IMG/VR virus record: IMGVR_UViG_3300027749_000134
Location: 1-55,651 of that record
Source: a virus
Taxonomy: Duplodnaviria; Caudoviricetes
DNA length: 55,651 nt
Direction: 5' to 3' (one strand)
Positions 35,701 through 44,000 of this stretch are shown piece after piece. A model generated the notes under the pieces. The model was given only the letters and a program-made list of their open reading frames with translations, was not told the origin of the DNA and did not search any database. Position 1 is the first letter of the stretch. Every line of letters begins with the position of its first letter. The position numbers and the translations under genes are program-made.

Positions 35701-38029
35701 TTGTTATAGCAGAGGTATTATTGCCACCGTAGGGATTTGCCACTTGTGTGGATTGCAATGAACTAGTAGGTGGTGTAAAGTTTCCAGTATATACTACTAC
35801 GCCATTTACTATTCTAAAATTACTTATATAACCATTAAACCGATATTGCACACTTGAGCCCGAAGCAACTGATCCAAATAGACCAATCTGCAAAGTGCCA
35901 CGGGCAGTCCACGGCCCCGAATTTCCACTACCAACTTGAGAACCATTGACAAATAGTGTAGCAGTGACTCCTGATCCTGTGAGTGCTACATGATACCAAG
36001 TAAACAATGACAATGGTATACTGGCGCCCGCACCGCCGTTACCTAGGTTCAAATATTGATAAGACACGCCAATACCAGACGTACTAACAACCCAATTCCA
36101 CGAGTATATAGTACCCGAACCAGGTCCTCCTAATTCACATGCAATTGTCATTGTACCAGTAGCATTTAAATAAATCCATGCTTCCATGGTGTAATTGCTG
36201 GCTAACCAGCTACCCGACGCTTTAGTTAAACTTAGATATTTGCCAGTACCATTAAAATAAACACTTTCATTCAATGTAGATGTAAATGGATTTAATGTAC
36301 TTGCACTAACACCTACATTTGTTATTGAATTTGTTAATGTACTATAATCTGTAATTGATGTACTTGTAGTTGCAAATCTTCCTACCAATGCAGATGTACC
36401 TGATGTAATAGTTGCTACATTTATTGAAGGCGCAAATTGTATTGTACTTAATGGTTCTCTTGGTATCACAAATAAACCTGAATAAACTACAGTTCCATTC
36501 ACCAAACGTAAATTAGATATATATCCATTATAAAAATTACCACTTGATCCAGATTGTCCTATTGTTAGTGCAAATGTAGAATTGGATGTAACACCTACGC
36601 CAAACCCTCGAACAAATGTACCCGAAGGATTACCATTAATATAGAATGCTCCAGTATTTCCTGTATAATTCCATGTAACTGCAATATGCGACCAAACATT
36701 AGAAATTATTGTTCCAGCACTAGTAGCTTGAACAATAAAATTTCCGCCACCGCTGGCAACGGTAAAAGCAATATTTCCACTTGAGGTAATTTGTACACTA
36801 CCACCTACATAATTTGCATTCCCGGCATTGGTACTAAAAATAAAAGGATTAGAAGTTAATAAAGTTGGATAAGCCCAAAACTCTACAGTAACAATGGCTG
36901 CGGTGCTGTGTATAAAATTAAAATTAGTATTAGCACCTATGGTCAGATAACTACTACCGTTAAAATATATACTATGATAAAATCCCGGATCAAATGGATT
37001 GAGAGTAGCAGCAGTGACTCCATCATTAGCCATAGCTAAACCATTTCCACTGAAGTCTGTAAAAATATTATAAGTTAATAAAGAAGAATTACCAGATGTA
37101 CCTGTAGTTGCATTCAACAACAATGCATTATTACGGAAGTATGGATCTGATTGGTTGTCAGGGTATAAATTCTTAGGAATAGCATAGCTTAGTATAACAA
37201 TACCACTACCACCAGCACCACCGACACCAGTAGTTGATCCGCCACCGCCGCCACCACCACCGGAGTATGAAGAACCTGATGCACCAGCAGGTGATGTGGT
37301 AGTTCCGCCTGCGCCGCCACCACCAGTTAAGCTACCATTAGCATATCCAGCGGCATTTGCTCCACCACCGCCACCGCCACCAAAGTATAGTGGAACACCT
37401 GTTATACGTGTAATTGTTCCTGTACCACCACGGCCGGCAGCACCTGAATTAGCCGTGTCACCAACTCCGCCCGAACCGCCACCTGCACCTCCATAAGTGG
37501 TTTGCGATCCACCAGCGCCACCTGCAAAACCCTGACCACTTATTCCAGTGCCACCTGTGCCGGAGCCGGAGCCGCCTCCACCTGAGCTGCCATTGCCACC
37601 ACTACCGTTTAAAGGAGCACCTCCTGGGCCTCCGCCCAGAGCTGTAAGCACAGTTAGACCATTAGTCACTGTAGAACTTTGTCCAACTACATTGGTTGCA
37701 CCGCCGGCACCAATTTGTATTACAAATGAAGTTGTAGTTATTGAAAATGTAGAAGAATTTATAACTCCGCCACCGCCACCACCACCACCTACACCTCCAC
37801 TAACAGCAGGGCCACCACCGCCACCACCTCCGCCTACTACCAATAGTTGTGCAGTGGTAGTGGTAACAAAACTTGGTAAAGTAAATGGGCCTGATGAAGT
37901 GAACAAATGTACAGCATAGTAGGAACTACCTGTAGAATAAAATCCTACAAAGCTACTTCCGTAGGTACCTGTGGTTATTGAAGGAGGTTCTCTTCTTTGT
38001 CTTTTAATTACACCTAAATCGTATGGCAT
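20756..38029 (-). CDS. Giant (5757 aa) tail fibre/adhesin: Gly-rich domain + many LamG/concanavalin A-like modules + SPRY-like module
   Basis: Roughly twenty recurrences of SxxFNG..YL / DFT(V/I)E.W / W.H.A..R / F.GYISN.R.V.G.A.Y in one uninterrupted ORF. Confidence 0.85.
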   Translation of the reverse strand: MPYDLGVIKRQRREPPSITTGTYGSSFVGFYSTGSSYYAVHLFTSSGPFTLPSFVTTTTAQLLVVGGGGGGGGPAVSGGVGGGGGGGGVINSSTFSITTTSFVIQIGAGGATNVVGQSSTVTNGLTVLTALGGGPGGAPLNGSGGNGSSGGGGSGSGTGGTGISGQGFAGGAGGSQTTYGGAGGGSGGVGDTANSGAAGRGGTGTITRITGVPLYFGGGGGGGANAAGYANGSLTGGGGAGGTTTSPAGASGSSYSGGGGGGGGSTTGVGGAGGSGIVILSYAIPKNLYPDNQSDPYFRNNALLLNATTGTSGNSSLLTYNIFTDFSGNGLAMANDGVTAATLNPFDPGFYHSIYFNGSSYLTIGANTNFNFIHSTAAIVTVEFWAYPTLLTSNPFIFSTNAGNANYVGGSVQITSSGNIAFTVASGGGNFIVQATSAGTIISNVWSHIAVTWNYTGNTGAFYINGNPSGTFVRGFGVGVTSNSTFALTIGQSGSSGNFYNGYISNLRLVNGTVVYSGLFVIPREPLSTIQFAPSINVATITSGTSALVGRFATTSTSITDYSTLTNSITNVGVSASTLNPFTSTLNESVYFNGTGKYLSLTKASGSWLASNYTMEAWIYLNATGTMTIACELGGPGSGTIYSWNWVVSTSGIGVSYQYLNLGNGGAGASIPLSLFTWYHVALTGSGVTATLFVNGSQVGSGNSGPWTARGTLQIGLFGSVASGSSVQYRFNGYISNFRIVNGVVVYTGNFTPPTSSLQSTQVANPYGGNNTSAITTGTSLLTLKYSTYGLAPSNFVDYGAYNLGAVSSNFPGQGTFSPFGNNWSTYFNGLTDYLVVPDIPAFTVGSNDWTIETWAYLTANTGTAYIAGQFNTNNVAPFGISLSSTNKPTLTLANTTATNSVAITSAIAISTGTWSHLAFVRSGLKFSVYVNGQEQAFTYGSAYSDSSINSAVAVPSNLTYSSLDPYDQSQYHSLYFNGSSYLNLPANAGFNFGTGDFTWESWVYPITYGSGPGGMIIDFWNGLVGAYTIGSCQFWINNSGVVYFQWATSVSLVSTITTTATIPLNAWAHLAVVRLAGNITIYINGIGNTPTAAASAIGSNTLVGSIGRWTSGNGYFFNGYISNVRIVKGLALYSGSLFVVPTSPLSNIQNAALTAASANFTNTTQLLTGRFVNPSRYFFDDYSSNNFVVTNTGVAAANLYPPISSTSTFNSMYFRGTSTSFLSIPANSAWTFGTGDFTVEAWVYWPSTVPFDGAQHAIVGNIIPFNNASWELQYIGNYWRLASWDTWAVNGWGGPSTIVGNTWYHIAATRSGTTGKIWLNGNDVTTSTQAFPLGSTNLSSNNPLIIGISGVYATWPAEPWTGYISNLRIIKGTAIYTSNFTVPSSQLTTTQLANQNGNNTPAITAGTSLLIGRSSPIVSEGGIAVDYSVIPNYITSVGNTFATNLAPPISSSGWSNYTSGGNNLDLTVSGTAMNPSTVRTFTIECWINPSSTNIAYATIISKGTTTNRDWAIYINAATSTARDVSFYYSPSSGDYSVTSSAGVINFDTWQHVAVVSNSSAITFYVNGVQVGSGTQSQFNSSNPSAVHIGRFMDYTGVNSQPFIGNISNLRYVSGLALYTSTFTPPTAPLTAITNTSLLTCQSNIFVDNSTNAFALTVNGTPSIQPFSPFPTTSDPTVWGGSMYFNGTSQSLTVPSNAAFGYASGTDFTIEMWIYVTAINGAANMLLIDGRLASTEGLYPTLYITQTTGTIAYYTNSVIRITGSALSINTWYHVALVRLSGSTKLYLNGTQTGSTYTDANTYVASAQQIAASYSGGAALTSFFNGYISSLRIVKGLAVYTGAFTRPSQPLTITQTANPYGGSNVQAISTGTYTSLLTLLPYTTNIVDYSTNTSAITIGSGTVSLSTLNPFTTILRSLYFNGNSSLSATSSTGWLTYGDHTVEAWVNLNTLTYSSMLIAGTYDGVGTTGWEWSINNYYMTLGYRSSGAVTTFVSTSFTSSPSPSLAQLLTDQGGIGFTPTNNGTTLNPSNYYGSSGSLSFNGTSNYVSVANNAAFAFGSGDLTVECWFYQTSFGATSLTLLALYHAAPGRAWILYTTTGGAVAVTLNASGLSGGTISLNTWNHVAWTRNGANFYLYLNGIQVATVAASTIIASTDPLFIGANNDASSPTWFFPGYINNIRIVKGLAVYTGTFTPPISLSISTQFGGVNTQAVLTASYISLLLGVSSLPTQLFTLNTWNHVAFSRLGTTASMYVNGVRTSSTIITSYTEQNTLRLGYMGFSTATSTYLTGYISNFRIVSGVAVYTGTNFVPPTGVLTTQQPTNPWSGTNTNAITFNTSTRFLTAIPPSQIITPYNSTASMLIGTAGSAITSMYPGYLSNFRMVNGTALYTGNFTPSSSPLARIDNTSLLIAANNNHVDDSVYNQYITTGTLNSSPTITKFTPYKIPGEYNKSMVGGSVYFSTSTAGSQNLNFGTAATSALGSGDFTVECWIYPTLYNSSGGIILDWRTNGGATANVPVLYLAANGTLRFQATGGTDLITSTRSVFLNTWNHISLVRNGSTIAMYINGYMVGIAYPNTTAFIIQTLFLNSPVTASNQTFYGYISSVRILVGRSIYNNATTTVPTTALTTSSNTQLITLQNNLIDNSTNSNFVRLLTANVTTATVVAPYTPFGGSGSAYFNSQYNYLTLPSSNSFAFGTGDFTMEAWIYPTTRNTVYGSVIVGPISYLVTTDWVWMIYPSGLLYFQIGAGTGLFSTAAVPLNQWSHVACVRYNALTTFYINGQINGSGTPAGATLTPVIVSAAGALSITSGNNVSATNGEFAVGLGDFTVECWVYLNSTGSDANYASFLASVSSAASGFAITRDAGGGLIPANGSGPNTLVPWLSTFVTDTWTHVALSNQSGTVRLFRNGILQGSASNSNNISLSTTIIALGRRYTDTASYPFVGYITGVRFVAGTALYTSSFNPLTSSNILDATSNVSGTKLLLLVNSDANKIVDTTGLSTMSNTGATYYNASLPSFINYTISGSGNTINNTIKVAIGSDINGNAATTFNGYISNLHLVKGTAKYITSFTPPMSDISTITNTVLLTLLSTETTFIDRSINSFAITNSTTATSFQAFSPFNTNYSTYFDGSSFVGAANFDGFNFSTSTEWTVEAWVNPNGNYANNNVLFAKRNAGSFNALSFNGTNQYLAVVNSTAFKFGTGDFTIECWVNYIAGGTNNGVWHLAATTLPATISGLALASITSGWRIYYGTAGTYLDLAVSPMSTNNWNHVALVRSSTVLTLYVNGVGYVVATNDTTNYNYTTNLAIGGYYSTTYLMNGYIANFRIVNGTAVYSGNFTVPNESLTITQSSNPFGGFNTNAITTGTVLIIGQFDGLSNIIVDRSYTAGTLISNFNIVAGTTLGPIFNASVKFDGSSQYLTALPTSSLNFGQSDFTVEAWVYPTVAQSTDNLIISASGIGGSLSFNGTSQYLKIANSVSFFNAFGNLGTGSKTIEFWTYYIASGAGDVGYTYDKYNIFGNWVASAVNGRFALGINNYDKFSFTYTTSVSAASVVYTTASVPKGIWTHIAFVCVGTTAITIYINGVGETLTVDLSSHVGAIAVVNDTSVWYNIGGQNQSGTAGSYTGYYNGYITNFRVVNGQAVYTSNFIVPTTPLGLTQSTNSSTNVASNTTILLLNVASSATYITDTSTSSFTITNTTTVLYSTNSPYSGGINGVGFFMGYSSTANSWGWGGSGSGWDYAVGAGRLNNVWQHLAVSRSGTNMRMFVNGIQAGLTQVNSSTYDLSIGNTYIGGQKTGYKFAGYISNVRAMNGVALYTSNFTVPTAPLTKYRQVALPASGSINFNNSPISLSTSSVQALGSNNFTIEFWMNSTSTSNSKIMGNGTGTTYTASTNSWMITFNGSNEQNLTGSLSFNSKNNTGTDLISTATNLNDGSWHHMAIVRSSSTFNLYVDGTLSSTTNNISTIDGGVAETLNIGASGFYGNTNYKGYLSNLRIVRGQAIYTGNFTAPSQMLQTTQNSGTNILAITTASNVSLLTAQYNLIADYSTRALPINVNTATVSTTINPTLFYPTYSAAFNITTSSQYLQISTSSFSFSTGTNFTVEAWVYLSGYSTTASVLFGTATPLSPNYVPVASSTYSHTSSSTPNWGWEDSGTDYSLMSAGGTGTWQFGAFTIGIQSSSGGARTTALLEDKNYYLEIAITATTGNKGIVIGLARASVSGSANYSGIYLYDGNIYINDNLQPGALGAYVIGDVINVAYNPTTNKQWIGKNGVWHTLGGYPGLPASTGISGGSLYFNGTNQYLTTAYSTALFDWYTSGVDYTIECWIYPTTYTGWYSATTNSPPTTVGNMAFNAATNYWSFGIGSATGQIRFYYYEGTAGGQSVVSTNTVPLNYWSHIAMTKTSGGITLFVNGVAQTTTAIIGTPQSSVSYALTMGAYNTYYQNGYVTNLRIVKGVAVYVGNFTIPTSALNTTQSGALTNTSGSLSFAGGANSIILPVDSRLAVGTSDFTIEFWIYPTANMANFTKFITSGVGGGLSIETQSDGNRIHVTNYSTTDYLGSTNALTLNAWTHVAVVRISGTLTIYLNGAFNGSVSNTVNFTQIRYIGGWLAYFTGYLTNIRLIVGTGYYTGPFTGSVPTSPLTTVNNTKLLLLASDSGSILTDSSGVITGITNSSSPATYSVLNPFGVLSGIRAISTASYTSLLLKVASSGTYITDSSTTPNTIANPNTLVYSSLAPLGQGGGFNIAGTGALSFIFASGTSASGGPNTSGQFRKPLQFTYGTPTGFYGYNATGWYLNLGQDINSLSVNSDAAGTWTTNLIVGAGAGVPLITWTHIAMVRNGNELSLFKNGILVAFTAGANDWNFSNPNNIGYIGYYNYYNNGTTSTYLKGYVSNLRIVSGQALYQSSFTPQTAPFENLQISSTGTAAITTASYVQLLTAQSNIIVDNSTNNLSIANTATTPVSVATNATYIYTGYVYETSSTVLLTANFIGTETTVVDHSYNTASITLVNSPTISVLSPFGTILPSNTSTSYQGYLNASNGYLAFTTYDGSNQNFQVSTTALTTGTWNHVAYTYNTLRDYHQLSMYVNGNRIFTTSSFTTLTTTQVVGSPVTQLVLTNNPTTITSSTYIFGATNASDFEFSIGFNGIGLATGYLGMGYINLSTMVYTQAAEWAWYATYNLPIARRLIYYAINPAIASNNFRLHAIKIGNNLTISIDDVNNVAQESETIALLAGTNYKIYVYYIKDTYNDTRTGTIITDTVNAFSAITTSSVSNLTSAIISDSNENFFIGGVLNTSENFNGYMSNLRVVKDAALYLGSFIGVPTSNVGTLTNTVTFPATTAIKTSLLTLQDEYVKDNSKYSSTLVAGGAPKTTVYSPFSTNNLSGYFNGKSVMIFPNTTSLNIAGGPWTIELWLNHPGNYTNYNALFAKRNTSGAADTSYEGYLAITTGYIAFYNGTQYISTTIVPPNVWNHIAYVYDGTAVNIYLNGVCVYSTVATVVDTVSPLTIGAVQYTTAPTYNEYLYGYMSNFRIIKGTALYNSTFNPSQIPLALYSGNPTNLLLNFTDSKAVDYSGNTTIRTNNTTTYTISNLTTKYNQYSLSFNGSSDVLIATSSTSFVYGSNDFTWEMWIYPTSSTWNTSLTYLLDHGGAGAGGSLRYNSDRLSYFNATVATSTASTSLSISTSTWTHIAVARQNAVTSVFINGIFVVSTQTDTYNYTFPSVAVGNLNTSTATPNYFQGYMEDVRLTKGVARYTSQVFVPPIKLSNR

Positions 38030-38049
38030 CTCTTCTTTCTCTATATTAC

Positions 38050-41000
38050 TTATTTAACCGAAGATGCTTTCTGGGGAATTGCGAAACCAGAATAATATGT
38101 ACTTGTTGAAGTAATTGAGTAACGTGCTACACCTTTGGTAATGCGTACTTCGTCTATATAACCATTAAAATATCCAACACCTGCTACACCAAATCCTATA
38201 CGTATAGTTGAATTAGTAAAGTTTTGTGTTATACTACCAGAATACGGATTACCTTCTTGTATTCCGTTTAAAAATAATACAAAAACATTATTTCTTCTAA
38301 CCAATGCTATATGATGCCAGAAATTTGTTGGCAACGGAGTTGTACCAGTAATATAAATTAAACCAGTTGTACTAAAATTTAATGTACCGGTGGCAGTTAA
38401 ATAAATGTCAAAACCAACATTAGCAAGATTTATTGTTCTCATATCAAATAATGATCTAACTGTAGCAGGTTGTAATTGTGTACCAACCCAAGTTGATACT
38501 GGCAATGCATAAACCCACATTTCTACAGTGAAGTCGGACACTCCTAATGCATAGGTAGCTGTAGATCCAGCTGGTGTTATACTAAGATAATCGGATATAC
38601 CATTGAAATAAAAACTTCCTGGATTATACTTAACCACTGAGGTAGATATTATAGGACCATCCTGCGGAGTAAGATTAGTTAGTGCAGTTTTATCAATCAA
38701 AGATGCTTGATTAAAATTCAATAATAAACTTGTAGAAGTACTTAGATCAACAGTGGTCAATGGTGCTAAAGGTGGGTTAAATGTATTTGAATATAACGCA
38801 CGTTTAACTATTCTAAAGTCTGAAATATAACCATTAAAATATGATGTAGCTGTTGGGCCATTTCTACCTATTACTAGTTGACCTGCTGAATAATTAGTGG
38901 TTGTGTTATATCCCAGTGTTGGAGAACCATTTTGGAATATAGATATTAATGGACCACTTCTAACCATGGCAATATGATTCCAAGTAAATGGAAGTATAGC
39001 ACGATTTGAATTAGGTGAAGTAGAATTATTTGTAGCTATAGAATAAAATCCAGATGTTGCTAGGTTCAAAGCTAATGAATCGGGTCGAAGAGTATTACCA
39101 TAATTCCCTGCAAGATCAAATACAGTCTGTGCAGCGGCCAATGAATTTACATAAAGCCACATTTCTATGGTAAAATCACCCCCAGTGTTATATGAAGATG
39201 AAACTGAATTTACTGTAGCTATGGCACTGGTACTATAATCTGTGCTAGCAGATACCCAACCTTGTGCATTATATGCTGCATCTGCTGCAATGGTAGTCCC
39301 ACCTGAATATGTTGCATTAGTAAATCCTGCTGGTGGAGAATAAGTATTGGCTGTATAATATCTAAATGTACCAGTTGTCGATGAACCAAAGCTGGCACCG
39401 CTCATAATTATAAAACGTAAATTTCCAGTTCCGGGTATAGTACTTCCTGCGGTGCTTACAGGATCTAAATACCATACAGCATTTCTACCAATCCATACTT
39501 TATTTGTTGATGCATTATAGGCTATTCGTATTATATCACCGCTGGAAAATGGGGCTGTAAGTGTAGTTCCACCAGTCATTCCCCCATAGCCGGTGCCATC
39601 ATACGCATATATTGATGGCACATTACTATATCCGCCGGTGCTAGTATCTCGTGCTAATCCAAATAAAGGAAAATCACCACTGTTATATACTACTTCAAAA
39701 TAGTAACTGCCTGAATCACGTAGAGCAGTACTTCTTGCACCGCCTGAACTACCTTGAATATTGTTAAAAGAAAAACTAAAAATACCAGTCGCAGCAGATT
39801 GAGCAGCACTAATATTTGTTATACTTAAACCTGATCCACTAAGTTGTAATGCGGTTGATGTACTAGTTAATGTATTTGTATATATAAAATCTGATGTACC
39901 ATTAAACAATGCACTACCACCTAATGTTGCAGGATTATATGCAGATCCTAATGGGAATGGTGAGAATCTTTGTATCTTAGGTGTACTAGTTGCTGTGCCT
40001 GTACTAAGAGCAATTGTAGATGTACTACTATCAACAAATTGATTGCTGTTCATAGTTAGTAAAACTGTATTAGCACTGGCAGGTAATGGACTAGTTGGTA
40101 CACTAAATGATGGTAATACGTTAGGATAAGTTCCAGTGACAAACACAGGTGTAACAGCAGGAGTTATAGAAACTGCATTTATAGAGCTATCTACAATTGT
40201 TGCATCTGTGGGTAATAATGTTAATAAAACTGTATTTGTAATTGAAGTTAAACTAGTTGTAGGCGGTGTAAAGTTAGAAGTATATATTGCTGTACCTATA
40301 ACCAAACGTACATTGCTAAGATAACCATTAAAACAATTACTAGCAACATCCCACTTCCGCCCAATATACAATGTACTTGTGGTGATTGTTGCTACAGCAA
40401 CAGATCCAGGAGAAACTGCAATTTTAACTCCATTTAAATATAAATTATGTTGAACACCGTCATACACACCTGCAACATGACTCCAACGATATAATGGTAA
40501 TTGAGTAGATGAAAGTGCTCCAATCATACCAGCATTGTAAAAACCAAAAAATAAATTAGATCCGCCGTCGCCCGGCGAGGAAGTACAGGTACATAGAATA
40601 AAATGTGCATTGTTGTTATATATAGCTGTACCAAAAATATATTGACCAGCTGTAACGTTTGGAAATACCCAACACTCCAAAGTGTATGGTGTTAAATATA
40701 AACCTAAAGCAGGTAAACTATACGATCTTGAAATACTTAAACTTTGATTAGTTCCATCAAAATACAAACTCTTCTGATTCAAATTTGTAGGATCACGACT
40801 ATAAAGTGCTGTCCCTGATACGGCTCTTAAATTACTAATAAATCCATTATAGTATTTGGCACCATACGCACCTATTACCATACCCTGAGTTTGTGTGGTA
40901 TTAGTAAGTGTGCTAATAGTTGAAGCTGTGGTAATTTGATAAATTCCATTAACAAAAATTGTAGGTGTTCCTGCATTAACTACCCACGCCACGTGATTCC

Positions 41001-44000
41001 ATGAACTAGTTGATAAGAAATTAGTTGCTGTTATAAAATAATTTGTATTAGCAGAATCTCTCCAATATAGCATTGGTCTATTTTGAGAATCAATGCCCAC
41101 ACTCCATGCTAGCTGTCCACCTGTAGGTGATGCATCACCTAATATAACCGATGATGTGCTGGCAGTTTGAAATCCGTTTGGATATAACCATGATTCAACA
41201 GTGAACGTTTTATTTGCTCCAAAGAATGTATTTTGTGCAAACGCTGTTCCTGTGGAAGTAAAACTAAAATAATCTGATGTACCGTTAAAAGCTGTGCTCC
41301 ACAACGAACCATATGGACTAAATGATCCTTGTGTAAATGTAAGAGATCCTGTATTAAGATTAGAAGTAAGGTAGTTATAACTTGTATCTATCACAGCTCT
41401 ATTATTAATAGTTGATGATGTGATTGTTCCAGATACATAAGTTGTTGTATTAAATAGAGTTGATGTAGAAAAACTTAAAGTTCCTGTAGCAGTAAAAATA
41501 TAAGTTTTATAACCACCGGTATTAATAAATGTTGCGGTTCCCGGAGTATAAGTTGCATCTTGTATTACACTATTATATCGAATGACAACTACACCAGAGC
41601 TACCAGTGGTACCAGAAGTAGATGTTGAGCCACCAAGTCCGCCACCACCTGTACCATTGGACGGTATTGTATAAGGAGTATTTGTATTAACATAAACAAC
41701 ACCTCCAACATTGCTGACCACATTAGCATATATGCTTGAATCATATGTACTTTGTGGAACCAATAACAATGATGTATAACTTGCTGTTAATATTGCCTGT
41801 GTATTACTACCGCCATATGGATTGGCAGCTTGTGTGGTTTGTAATGAACTTGTAGCAGTGGTAAAGTTGCCAGTATATACTGCTAGACCTTTAACTATAC
41901 GTGCATTAGTTATGTAGCCAGTGAATGGTTGTGTACCTGCACTACTTGCCCCAATGGATATAGTATTTGTTGCAGCATAAAGGCTGGGTGTACCAATTGA
42001 ATATGTTACAACAGAAGTACCATTTAAGTATAAAGTAAATGTATTACTATTTCTAACAAACGCAATATGATTCCATTGATTTAACGGTATAACTGTACTC
42101 GATATACTATCTGTTAGTACGGCCGTGCCATCGGTAGATAATAAAAATCTAGCATATCCATTTGTATCATTGCTGGTGATAACTGCCCAGGACAGAGTTG
42201 TACCGCCAGTAGATCCGGACCATTGGCAAAAAAATATGTTTTGTGCTGTCCAGGCTACAGATCTAAAAACCCAAGCTTCAGCAGTAAAATTATTTGTACC
42301 AAATTGGAATGTTGTACTGGTTGGAACAGTCAAGTAACTACTACCATTAAAACTCAAACTACCGGGTATACCATTACCATAACTAATAGCACCGGCTGTG
42401 GCTCCATTACCAGAACCGCCGCCGGCAAAATAAACAGATGTTCCTACAACTTGTCCAACGCCTGCATATGCCGCTATAGCCGCTGTAATTATAGTAGATG
42501 ATGAACCTATACCACCAGTGCCTCCAACAGTGGTAGGGCTCGCAACGGTTCCAGTAGTACCGGTGGTGCCAGCACCGCCACCACCACCGCCAGGATATGC
42601 AGTAATGTTAATATTAATGTTAATAAACCCATAAGTAACAGGTGCACCGGCATTTCCTTGAACTACAATGCCGCTGCCACCAATAGTTTGCCCGGTACCG
42701 CCACCGCCGCTGCCGCCCGCGCTACCTGCTTGGCCATAGGTTGCACCGCCACCACCACCATAGGCCACGATATTTGTATTACTAAAACTAATACTTGAAT
42801 TAGTACCACTACTACCATTATTTGGACTTGCACCACCAGTACCACCAGATCCTCCTGAGCCCACAGTAATAGTATATGTGGTGGTGTTTAATGTATATGT
42901 ACCATCACTATTAAGAGTACCAGGTAGTGGATACCCAAGGGCTGCTAACAAACCACCACCACCACCACCACCACCACTAATACCGGCAACAGAATATGAT
43001 ATTACAGAGGCTGCTGATGGAACATTTGAATTAAATGTAACTCCGCTAGGATTTGCTGGAGTAAGAGGACTACTACTACTATCAGTTAGATATGCTCCGC
43101 TACTTGCTACATTTAATAATAATTTTGTATTAGTAACATCGGCCATGGGTATACCCGGTATAAACCCACTTGGGAAAAGTGTAGTAGTATACGCCGCAGT
43201 TCCATTTATTACCCTAACACCAGTGATGTATCCAGTAAACGGATCGTTATAGCGGCTGTTGACCGATTCATCACCTATACTAAACGGATAGCCTGAATTT
43301 CCAATAGTATCTGTAATTTGATTACCACTATAGCTATAAAATACCCCGTTGAGCCAAAGATTATGATTTCCGTTATAGCGAACATAAGCAACATGATACC
43401 AAGTAAACAACAGTATCCCGCCGGCGGGGGCGGCGGCGGGTTGGGAATACACGCCGCCGGTTCTTCTAGTTACTATATAGAGACCACTGGAGTACATAAT
43501 AAGACTGTATCCGTCGGTGTCACCACCACTCTGCCCACCATTGGAAAATACCATTTTGCCATGACTATTTGGGCCAGTAAATGAAGTTGGATATATCCAC
43601 ATTTCTACTGTGAAATCACCAGTTAGCAGGAATGCCGATGCACTATACGGAACTGTTATGCTATTACCACCACTAAAACTTAAACTACCACCCGTCCATG
43701 GTGATCCAGACAGAGACGGTAACGTTGTATTTTCCCATGTGACACCACCGTTATTGGTTACTGGGAAAGCATTTGTACTTGAGTCAAACAATTTAGTGAG
43801 ATCTGTATTAAACAACAATAATACTGTGGTATTGGCTCCAGCTGACAGAGGCGTGGCTGGGGTAAACGTAGTATTGTATAATGCCTGTCCTTTGGTTATA
43901 CGAACATTGGTGATATATCCAGTCCATCTGTATGATGAGCCAAGGCCACTCTGCCCAATATATAGTGCCGAAGATTTAGAGACGTTAGCTGGTGTTAAAT

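Noticed and set aside
43410-43460. Local GC-rich palindromic patch (ccgccggcgg)
   Set aside because: It lies in frame within a LamG module (QPAAAPAGG) and is explained by codons; at most a hint of a recently acquired module.
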